The position numbers and the translations under genes were made by a program. A stretch of 63,117 nucleotides of DNA, counting the filler, from Pelomyxa schiedti (Eukaryota; Protista; Evosea): the NCBI GenBank assembly GCA_020536535.1. It is 14 parts of 14 records of this genome, joined end to end, with 100 filler letters (N's around TTAATTAATTAA, not from the genome) between each part and the next. Parts side by side here need not be neighbours in the genome. Positions count along the whole stretch, not along the records: positions 12,223 to 44,198 come from JAHLWZ010000262.1; 13 more parts are not named here. The stretch is one strand, 5' to 3'. This document shows, one piece after another, positions 35,601-43,814 of the stretch. The number at the start of each line of letters is the position of its first letter. Within the stretch, counting starts at the first letter, position 1. The notes beneath the pieces were generated by a model. The model was not told where the DNA came from and did no database searches. It worked only from the letters and a program-made list of their open reading frames with translations.

Positions 35601-38084
35601 ACAAGCCAGAGATCTGTAATCAAACTGATAAAGAATTTCTCTTTGACTACTGAGCAAAATCTCGGAGTGCCTAAAGTAGATAGGCAATGCACAGGAGAAA
35701 TGACTGATAGCCTTCCAGAACTTCTTGCACACATATTCATGCTGTGGACTCTGTCTCACGCGGGGAACTACTTTGAGATTGCCAGTTTCGTGATAGATGA
35801 CAATGACAAGGACAAATACCTGTACATTCCACACCCAGCGCAGGTTGTGGCTATACTTCGGATGCTCGGAGTTGGCTACAAAAGCAACACCAAAGTAAAG
35901 TCAGTACCGGGGCTGATCAAGAACATCATTCAGTTGCAGACAGAGGAGGGCAAGTCGGTGGTGCTTGGTGTGGTGAGCATCGTGCTGGCACTTTACGGGA
36001 TGCAAGTGACCTGTGCGTGCTATTCGTCGGACCTGTGTGAAAGGGACTGGTCAGATTTCAAGCACATGTTTTCTCTGCTGGATGTGGACCTTTACATTCA
36101 GCATGGAACGTTCGACGTTCTGTGTGAGGCAGTACTTAACAAGAATGGTGACCTGAGGGAAGGGATCAAGAGGCTCATAACTGAAGGAATATGGCCGGTG
36201 AGGGTGGAAGGTCCTGCCGAAAGGCCACACGTTCTGCTTGTGGATGAGATTGACGTGTTCTTCAACAAGGACTTCTACGGCAACGTGTACTCGCTATCCT
36301 CGCCGCTACAGGACCCGTGCATCATGCGGCTCACGGACTTCATCTGGGAAAGCAGGGCAACTGTAACAGCGGAGCAGGTGCAGGCCACGCCAGCATATAA
36401 GCAATGCGTCACCAAGCTCGGCGATTGGTCGTTCCTTGTGGATTCTGCGGTGGCCGACATGCTGCTGGCACTCAAGACATACTCGTCACACGACTACATT
36501 GTCAGCGACGGCAAGATCGGATACAAGGAACAGGATGGCGTGTCGTTCTCGGTTGTGTTTGGGTACAACACTCTGTTTGCGTATTATCACGAGGTGGACC
36601 AGGGTAACATCACCAGACCCACTCTTGAGCTGAACGTCGGCCTCATTGTGCGTGCCGGCTCGTTCTCTTATGCTGAGCTTCCAAAGAAGTTCTCGTGCAT
36701 CATGGGTGTGACTGGGACCCTTGAGCACCTCAGCCCAGTTGAGAAGGAAATCATGAGGGAGACCTACGGCATCGCAAAGGAGACTTACATCCCCTCCGTC
36801 TATGGCGAAACCCACAGGACGTTTGCTCTGAATCGGGACATCAAGATCGTTGAGAAGGAACGCCATTTCGCCGAGATCTCCGCTGAGATCAAGAGCCGCA
36901 TCCAGGGGCGCACCCCTGGCACATCCAGGGCTGTGCTTGTGTTCTTTGAGTCCAGGAAGGTACTCATGGAATTCTACCGCCTCGAGCACACAAAGTTTGT
37001 CATTCCCTTCAAAATCATCACTGAGGAGGGGAGTAGGATGCAGAGGAAGGCGCTCCTCAACAGTCCATGCCGGCCTGGGCATGTCCTCTTATTGACCTCT
37101 AGTTTGGGTCTCAGACTGGAATTTTCTTCATTTGCCAACTATGGTTTGCATGTAATCCAGACTTTTTTGTATGAAAACTGGGCTACTGAAGAACAAATTA
37201 TCAGAAGAGCAACTCACTTCTACTCAGAGGTTTCCTTCAGCATTGTATTACTGGATGAGAGTCTCCAAAGAATGGGCATGGGCCCAGCTGAGGTGCAATC
37301 AATAAGAAACTCAGAAGCTATCTACAGCACATTGATGAAGTATAGATGCCACTTCTACAACAGGGCTTGCACAGAAAATAGTAAATTCCTCGGTATCGCC
37401 TTGGTTGAGCACACTGAATTGCAGGAATTTGTTCATAGTCTCTACATAACTCAAAATTCTGAAACAGCCAAGTCGCACTTACAACAAAAGAACATCAGCA
37501 TCAACAAACACCGGAGTATCCTTGTGTGCCCAAAAGTCAAGACTCAAAAAGATCCCCCACTTGGGCAAATATGTACACTGTTACCACCAACCAAATCCCC
37601 CCTTGTTACCAAATTTCAACCAGTAATGAATAGAGTTATTATTTTGATGGTAGATGCCTCCAATAGTGCTGTTCTTGAGGATATTAAAAATTCTTTGATC
37701 TTATTTCTACTGGAGAGCCTTGAGGGAGTACTGATATGTATTATTTCTTTTTCAGAGGGTGCATACATACAGTGCCCCTTTACAAGGATTAAAACTGAAC
37801 TGATAAGTGCTACCCAAGCCAAAGACTTTTGTCACACTAAGGGAAAAGTGAATGTACTTGCAGCTTTTGAAAAGGCAAAAGCTTCAATCAGAAGCATTCC
37901 CACTGAATTTTTTTCACCATGCTTTTTTTTCATATTATCTTGTTGTGATGCCAAGATAGGTACAGACCTACAGAAGATAAAATCCCTTGTAACACATCTC
38001 TCTTTCTATCAACAGACTTTTCTAACTTATCCAGATACCTGCACAAGCGACCCTTACAGGCATTTTTCTTGGCTCCTCATCTGA
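29679..38084 (+). CDS. Giant protein B: P-loop GTPase - helical region - degenerate SecA-like helicase - vWA (2,801-aa unspliced ORF; probably extends by splicing to about 39427)
   Basis: Paralogue of A throughout: GGTGCGKSTT, LCDTPGF, VDEIDVFF, GVTGTL, VLVFFE. Walker A reads QTEEGKS and motif VI is lost. C-terminal vWA IILMVDASNS...ISFSEGAYIQCPFT. Confidence 0.88.
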   Translation: MATASGAQPPPTASVAGELRRVVRLAERRAAGEDVEAEGGEAWRALRELATAEGLCTQQASSVLDECSELWRAAPSPLRMDRLRERLGALRRMLVPFDVEELLSLLERAAEAARAVEGKSVVLVLGGTGCGKSTTVQYLFGARMALKDVRVEQGVVPHVSVEGKPPPELEHIVASFEAMSETRHVAVVEVNPDLLVGLPGLDTTDDGSCGNRLFLCDTPGFGDSRGPEVDVANAFGLVKALQGCHSVWPLLLVESTDIMAERQQKLRQVLAMLEDLIPTLAPYACCFSFGFTKFSAEDSATIRGQLETLQRGLVQDSSSGTGFRVMLNEMLKQHSGRISKCLVINPLDRNPREVYRKVLAHPPIKEPTEVFRICIPPSSKSAFSQQMETQLCCVTRAIQREEFLLVRTWVTNLEKLVIAAVGEWGEVTHWLTRCKDAAREQLQEKVNAGAQQARRYMDIRSTKPTAEDLDSLVRSYQFLDHCDSILSDALGDQKFSLQLERCLEEQVLEVLHESLMEGYDPLSQANQVCLEKLLALCPHFRTARETYHKMVPRVHESLASEVSKVKCSVSSGDFAGAVLGSRLLKDTLVRFEAHVEPTAATRSIGQIESHFLTHLRDVFHTTERCCCVGAHFDKGSEEQLSRGLSVLQVCIDATHNVKELAQVSEQASDLKGQLVFQITTQMENLHTQITQQEIKGKLDFSRCRQQFLTMKVLWSLPFTHAAATGTAAFTPLQTTKGGIRQIYSRTQSFFATQVHSLVSDFVDTFDGLHAEESVDLSPLTRRLKQLKLNEWLEEAIPGCCTSAMREVEDCLKEHMESHGRWLDDVHLDVDCNADLTQLTPTLLFLEAVTPLEAIPLAAVVEMKKKLLERIRGLLGAVLDGIQDAFDLEKHSLSALLCEVENLRATKSKMEAGSPAYLFLAEKGYRDVRELERAIEDNKGALSALVGPADLVESTNKMELQLKRFRELQASWVLTPQQRQLLLGLKVTSIVRLDRCIEEKVRRYEALDRQGLLYNFDQVDPNHVVDSLSFMKVLSKELRCGLYNDLHCTQIKRRIEEFMTRYCDTLAQRVSRGLENISDNIHHDVLLKISADDVAALLDLLPELKELVSNPTLKQFFRGHSSMVEEIKATLSQIASYLEHNSEVSVKGITTKLANVSSLCPMETILWSDSRPFSQLRRALLDQQQEQIKHSAREVFVALEKDRWMEVGQCLSEICESGSQATIRSSMAQVNTQLQRYCNDLKIQVSQLSPEVSDQWFSLLSNIGSCLDKLKMAVEVLSTCRLPHDTPSSCRPDPTSQHRLVKDIELECSKSILSAMASLVSLVWKCQYTEALTKVEIVKKAQKAIRSHLSEEASHSVDDFEVSLRASFQSLIDHYKSVKIVCYHQIFSPKLVFKQLSPTFSSSMLCKENWEAIEDAIKHRFHVDIAQIQEMQAPFEQKQKLLREVAPLHFLPETLSSPLEKEISQITASLDAEHNRLITEKLSAFENEDPPEILRIWNTLLRGEGRSGPMVQNMEVEIDKILRTMCTFAVTSFSSGNFTVSFQNIKKVFTLSELQSDISSIHIPIDDMCLSVHKSLEKTFSFFSDQTLSVELDSTLSDALAQIIELHKVWQSYSDLPDFLRILIGSDFTQRVNNTMESIGAYLRKLEGDLNSCLSSFDVTHLQTVLDRVHSIPFFSTLCHQVVPSLSWKDFYSFCLEKVHDTLESVRAFILEVEICNPSISYLDKGSLVCQPIKSRLNFLKHLWTLKIKHQDLRLTPKIIEEQTSIVFGKITNISQCMIGIVKEYKLTVRFEDKLVASKLFHSYFTSLRIYAEQLEEPFCAFIQMSVNEVKRNLWALIESGKKNLQMLSDVSRVAEELIALKQTGEHLFYSEEVTIFIEAFIQEFKQRHCSLYKLGCALIGDNSGMGIVVAHDSSSLKAFLPHTRVFAPETRSMEYILTKLEGEDIDSTQIAQLLVKFDSTYSNLRRMFLVADLETSQRSVIKLIKNFSLTTEQNLGVPKVDRQCTGEMTDSLPELLAHIFMLWTLSHAGNYFEIASFVIDDNDKDKYLYIPHPAQVVAILRMLGVGYKSNTKVKSVPGLIKNIIQLQTEEGKSVVLGVVSIVLALYGMQVTCACYSSDLCERDWSDFKHMFSLLDVDLYIQHGTFDVLCEAVLNKNGDLREGIKRLITEGIWPVRVEGPAERPHVLLVDEIDVFFNKDFYGNVYSLSSPLQDPCIMRLTDFIWESRATVTAEQVQATPAYKQCVTKLGDWSFLVDSAVADMLLALKTYSSHDYIVSDGKIGYKEQDGVSFSVVFGYNTLFAYYHEVDQGNITRPTLELNVGLIVRAGSFSYAELPKKFSCIMGVTGTLEHLSPVEKEIMRETYGIAKETYIPSVYGETHRTFALNRDIKIVEKERHFAEISAEIKSRIQGRTPGTSRAVLVFFESRKVLMEFYRLEHTKFVIPFKIITEEGSRMQRKALLNSPCRPGHVLLLTSSLGLRLEFSSFANYGLHVIQTFLYENWATEEQIIRRATHFYSEVSFSIVLLDESLQRMGMGPAEVQSIRNSEAIYSTLMKYRCHFYNRACTENSKFLGIALVEHTELQEFVHSLYITQNSETAKSHLQQKNISINKHRSILVCPKVKTQKDPPLGQICTLLPPTKSPLVTKFQPVMNRVIILMVDASNSAVLEDIKNSLILFLLESLEGVLICIISFSEGAYIQCPFTRIKTELISATQAKDFCHTKGKVNVLAAFEKAKASIRSIPTEFFSPCFFFILSCCDAKIGTDLQKIKSLVTHLSFYQQTFLTYPDTCTSDPYRHFSWLLI

Positions 38085-39427
38085 ACTTGAAATTCTCCAA
38101 AGTACACTTTCCCCACACCCAGTGTTCAAAAGGAATGACTACTTTGCCTTGCGTCACCATCTATTTGAGATAAAGCAGATTAACTGCCCATTGGAAGTAG
38201 TTTTCTGCCAAGGTATAAGTGGAGAGCTGCAGAAATCGACAGCTCCACTGCACCTTGCCATGTCAGTCTTCCCAACTGCAACAAGTCAAAATCTATCCGA
38301 GGTATGTATCTTTGAGAGTCTCCATCCTAGCTCTAACTACTAAAAGGGGGTCATCTCTTTTCAAGCACCAGGAAACTCTGAATATTATCATTCTTCCCCA
38401 GTCCCTATTGACAAAGGAATAAATCACACCAGTCCTTTCCAATCTCTAGTGAGTTTTGCTCCAACACCAAATGCCGCCAACAAGCTACTTCCTATCCCTG
38501 AGTTTATCTACTTCCAAGTCATGATTAATAGCTTTTGGTACACTGGACATACATCTCTGAATCATGGTAGGAACTGTATCTGTGGTTTTTTTTTTAACTC
38601 AAAGTCAGCCTGGTTTGCTGGTGACTTTCTTGCGGAAGAACTTACAGGAGGACCACTCAATATTATGGTATGGGGAGGACAGGGCTCAGGAAAATCTAGT
38701 TTCTTGAATGGGCTAGCAACTTCTTTTGGATTTACAGAACATGTTTTATCTCCACTGCCAGTGCACCCTTTTCCCTGCCCTGATTCAACAATGTACACAA
38801 GACATTCCATTTGGAGCCTGCAGACCTACATCGACGGCGGGGCACCGCTATTGCGGGAAATCAACATTCAGTTTTGGGATCCTTGGGGTTGGGAGCAAGA
38901 TAGTCTGGTCCCATTTGTTTCCGGGCTTGTTGACGTCGGAACTTCACAGCCACAGTTCCTCTTAAAACCCAAGAATCTCTTGCAGCAATCCCCAGATAGA
39001 ATAATTGACGAAATAATTTTGGTTGTCCCACTTTCAACAGCACTGGACAACATGAGTTATTTAGAAAACCAAGTCCAAGAAGCTCAGAACCTTGGTACAG
39101 TTTGAGCTCATATCCTTTGTTTGATAATAAAATTAGGCCTGCACCCAGTCATTGTATTCAGCTTTGTCGACCAGGTACGACAAGAAGAAGTTCAAAGCCG
39201 TGTCAAAAGAATCCTTGCTAGTCTCCACACTACTTCTGGGGATACATTTGTTCTGGCAAACTATGTCAATGAAGAAAGGAAGAGCTGGCAGAAAGACTCC
39301 CAGTACTGGTCAGTGTTGCACAGAGCGCTTCTTCATGCCACCAACTATCGTAAGTTCAAACACCCACTCTTTGGGTGCTTGTGAAATTGGCCTCCAACCA
39401 GGTTTTCAAAAAGGGCGAAGCCATTAA
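38035..39427 (+). CDS. vWA C-half, linker and IFI44-like GTPase exons; predicted spliced continuation of giant gene B
   Basis: IPAQATLTGIFLGS...FKRNDYFALRHHLF aligns with the vWA C-half of 40237-40917. LNIMVWGGQGSGKSSFLNGLATSF, QFWDPWG, IIDEIILVVP, LHPVIVFSFVD, TFVLANYVNEERKSWQKDSQYWSVLHRALLHA follow (IFI44-like). Confidence 0.75.
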
Positions 39428-40236
39428 TGTGTGGCAATTTTCGAAAAGAAGCACCCTGAAAAAGAAGGGGTCAACCTCCCACATAATTTTCTCTATTCCA
39501 CGAAATACAGGGAGAATACAAAGCCTGTAAGTGCTGTTCCATCGAGTGCGTTCGTTATTTATCAGCATAACCAACAGTCTAACAAATACCGAGTGGCGGC
39601 CTGGGGACACACTCCCAACTAAGCAACACCCTCTAATGCTCCATAAGTAACAACACAAGTGATTTGGAACTTCCAGTCTGTTTGGTACTTCTAAATATGT
39701 GTTGCACTTCCACAGTCACCAAGATTCCACATATCTGAATGATGCAAACTGGTTTGTTGGGCACAGCCGCTTTCAGCTACAGCCCATACGAATACAGGAA
39801 AAGAAATCAAATGTACTCACTATTTTACGAGTCTCCTCTGCTTTTTCTAGAATCATAGATTCATAGCATTTTTTTATATACTCCTGCTGTCTAACCATCA
39901 GCCTCAGAGGTCTCATTGCTCTTATTAAGAAAAGTAAACGACTACAATAACAATAAACCTCAAAATTCGTTCGTTTGCTTCTATCTGCAATTGTGTTTAG
40001 TGCATGGCTCCGAGAACAGCTAGGTCGTGGCACTATAGCTACCATGATGTGGATTACACTGTATTGACATCAAGTTTCTTCACACCGAATTCGTCTTGTT
40101 TCCCAAGAAACTTGTTCCCGGCCAACACCAGTCAAAACGCTTGAATAACGACCCTGATTTCACACTCATTTCCTTTTTTTTCTTCACAGTCGAACGGCAC
40201 TGGCTCATCAGTGTGCTTCAAAAAAAAAGTGTGGCA

Positions 40237-40936
40237 ATGGCACATCCCTTGTTGCACACCTTGGGGCCCACAATCGACAAGTCACTTCTCGTAGTTCTTG
40301 TCGATGTCAGCACTAGTGTCCAGACCATTAGTTCGTTCCTCCGAGCCGTTTTGGCCCAGGCAGCTGCTACTTGTAATTGGGAAATTATCGAGTATAACAC
40401 TGAAGCCAGGAGAGTCTGCACGTTCACAAATAGCTCAGAGAAGGTGCTTCTAGCAATTCAAGGATTCCATCAAATACCAGCAAGCTCTGACGGTGGTCCC
40501 AACCTTGCTGCCGCACTCAATATGGCGTCCTCTGTGGTTCTAAAAGCACCACCTCTAGCGAACATTGCTGTAATTATTATCACAGGAAGCCAGTTGTCTC
40601 CATCAGTCTCCATACCTTATAATAATCTGAGACAGTGGTTGATTCCACCACCTGCGATATTTGTGGTAACTGTTGGACCACTACCCATGGAGGGAACTGT
40701 TCGTTCCTCCTTACCTGGAGCCAGATACTTTAGACTTCAAAATTACCCCACCCTCTTGCCCTACCTGTTTACAGCCATGGGTTCTGGCAACACAGCCGAG
40801 CTGATGGATATCTCATTTTCACAACTTCCGTGTGCTCTTCAGAGGTTCACTGACCCAGTGTCACTGGCCGTTACCATCCGACCTCACTCTGTGCTTGGAA
40901 CAGTGCCCACGGTATGAGCCACCCCTGTGTGCTGCC
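40237..40936 (+). CDS. Fourth vWA paralogue (5' exon of another vWA-IFI44-like gene; continues into gap)
   Basis: LLVVLVDVSTS (intact DxSxS), WEIIEYNTEARRVCTFT, GPNLAAALNMA, VIIITGS, AIFVVTVG. The 3' 121 bp are shared with 13217-13337. Confidence 0.75.
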
Positions 40937-41036
40937 NNNNNNNNNNNNNNNNNNNNNNNNNNNNNNNNNNNNNNNNNNNNNNNNNNNNNNNNNNNNNNNN
41001 NNNNNNNNNNNNNNNNNNNNNNNNNNNNNNNNNNNN

Positions 41037-42438
41037 TCGGGACATCAAGATCGTTGAGAAGGAACGCCATTTCGCCGAGATCTCCGCTGAGATCAAGAGC
41101 CGCATCCAGGGGCGCACCCCTGGCACATCCAGGGCTGTGCTTGTGTTCTTTGAGTCCCGGGAGACCCTCCTCAACTATTACCGCCTCGAGCAGATCAACT
41201 TTGTCACTCCCTTCAACATCCTCACTGAGACAGCAAACGAAAAGGAGAAGCGAGACCTGATCAAGATGGCGAGCCGACCCGAGCAGGTAACGTTGCTGAC
41301 TCGTTGTTTTGGCCGAGGCACGGATTTCATATCCTACAGCTCGACAGTGAACGCTAATGGAGGTGTGCACGTAATTCAGACATTTTTGTCTGAGGAGCGA
41401 TCTGAGGAAGTTCAGATCATTGGCAGAACAGCTCGGCAGGGACAGGAGGGCTCGTTTAGCATGGTCCTGCTTGATGAGGATTTGGAGAAATACGACCTGC
41501 GGGCACCAGAGATAAAGGGTATACGAGACTCTGGGATTTACCATGATACCCTGGACAAGCACAGGAATGCGTTCTTTGACAGAACCTATGAAGAAAACAC
41601 CAGGTTCATCGGCGTAGCCTTGGCTGAACACAACAACTCGTTGGAGTTTGTAAACAGCCTCTTCACAGCAAACCTGGCCTCAGTCAGGACCTTCTTGGGA
41701 GAGAGAAACAAGAAGCCTGTTGTTGTCAACTCTCGCACCATTGTCTTGATGGATGCCACAGGGTCAATGAGCTCACTCCTGCAAAAGGTGAAAAATACAG
41801 TGGGCACTATGTTTGAAAGGGCCATGGCCATTCTTGAAGAGAACTCATGCAATCGGAACTGCTTCCAGCTTCAGTTTGTCGTGTACCGCGACTATGACTG
41901 TGGTGTTGACGATGTTCTGCAGACATCGTCGTGGACTTCCAATCCAGTGGAACTTCGCGACTTCATGGACAAGATAGTGGCGAAGGGTGGAGCTGACTGG
42001 GAGGAGGCCGTCGAACTGGGCCTGTGGCATGCAAATGAAGAGGCCAAGAAGATGCCAATCTCTCAGGTGATACTTATTGCTGACGCTCCAGCCAAGACCG
42101 TTGCCCAAATCACTGATTACCGCAACAGCTATGGTGGGGAGGGCATGTGGTGCAGGTCCAAGTTTGGTGCTGCCACACACTGGGAGGAACAAGCTCTCGC
42201 ACTCAATTCCCGTGGCGTGCATGTGCACTGCTTCTATATAGACAACAGGGTGGCCGAAAACTTCGGCAAGATCGCGGCTGTGGGTGGTGGACAGTGTGCT
42301 CTCTTGAACGTGAACGCTGCCTCTGGCGCTGACGATCTTACGAATTGTGTCACACAGGTAATCCTGGGGGATGTTGGACACCAGTCTGGTAAGGGAGACA
42401 CATTCATCGAGCAGTACAAGCTCAAGTATCACCTTTGA
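41037..42438 (+). CDS. C-terminal part of a giant protein (probably A): intact SecA-like helicase C-lobe plus vWA with MIDAS
   Basis: VLVFFES, LLTRCFGRGTDF, GGVHVIQTF, QIIGRTARQGQEGS. vWA IVLMDATGSM...FVVYRDYD...GGADWEEAVELGL...ILIADAP. The first 121 bp are identical to 36833-36953. Confidence 0.85.
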
Positions 42439-42946
42439 TTATCGGTCGAGACTTGTCGCGTTAAGCGAAATTTTATTTTTTAACTATTTGCACGATACAG
42501 AGGGGGTTTATAAGGTGGGTCGGTTGGCTGGTGCCTGTTAGCTTGAACTCGCTGGTTTCCGTGAATGGCCATAATTAGTCGGCTAATCATCACACCAAGA
42601 TTCCCTTAATCCTTCGCCCATCACTCCTCACATAACGAACCGAATTTTTCCTTTTTGATTCTAAAACGGAGTGCGAGAACACCACCGAGATACTACACAC
42701 ACGAAGCACAACAATCACTACATTGTGTAGTGGGTGAGAGGAAAGGAGTGGGAGAACGAGGGAGAACGCCGGAGAAGGAGGAGGTTTATATTTCCGGGTA
42801 ACCCGGAATTACTATGATTACAGTAATAATAATAATAGTGGCGTGAATAGTAGTGGTAGTAGTAATATATGTTGGTGATATTATTATATTAGGAGTAGAA
42901 GTAGTAGTAGTAGCCGGCGAATAGTAAGTAGTAGTAGTAGTCCTCT

Positions 42947-43756
42947 CTAATAATGTGCTGCCCTAGCACAGCGCCATTGTGGGACAGCAGCAGCAGCAGC
43001 AGCAGGTTGTTGCTGTGGAGGCAATATAGCTTGCTGGTAGCGCGGTGGTGGAACATACAGCAACGGTTGTGATGATGGTGATGAGGGAGTGCGTGGCACA
43101 CGTTGCTGTTGTTGTTGTTGTGCAGGAACAGTGGTGGGATGTGCTGATGATGGCGGGATAGCATGCACATACTGTGATTGCTGTGATTGCCGGTATTGTT
43201 GTGATCCTGCATGTTGCTGCTGTAGGTGTGGAGCTGTGTGCCTTGTTGGCGGTGCTGACTGATGCGACGGTTGTGGTGGTGATACAACCTGGTGGGATTG
43301 ACCCCGTTGTTGCATCAGGGGAACAGCTGGCTATGTGGTGTGTGTATTGCGGAACCCAAGAGATACTTATTGAGGTGATGGTGGTGGTGGTTCCTGGTGT
43401 GGTCTTAGTTGTTGCACTTGTGTGTGCACAACAGGGTGATGAGGTGGTGAAGAGGTTCCCCTTGGTGCTGTCGGATAGCTGTTTGGGAGATTGCGTCGGC
43501 TTATGATACTGCTGTTGCTGGCAGTTCTGGCACATCCCTTGATAAAGTTGTTGCAGCAACTGTGATTGAACCTGGGGTGCATCAGCAGCTCCCTGCTGCT
43601 GTACCACATTGTTAAGTGCAAGGTGGTGGTGGGGGTGTGGTGATGACAGTGGGCCGTGCTGCTGTCCTTGGAACTGGCAAAGTGTTGAGGGCCTGTGTTT
43701 GTGCTCGTGGCTGTCGTTGGGGTTGGGTCGCTGGGTCCGCTGCTGTTGTTGTTGTG

Positions 43757-43814
<58 letters not shown>

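Noticed and set aside
13951-42577. Polinton/Maverick or endogenous virus bounded by the 98-bp inverted repeat
   Set aside because: No polB, integrase, capsid or packaging ATPase motifs and no TSD. The internal contig order is also doubtful.
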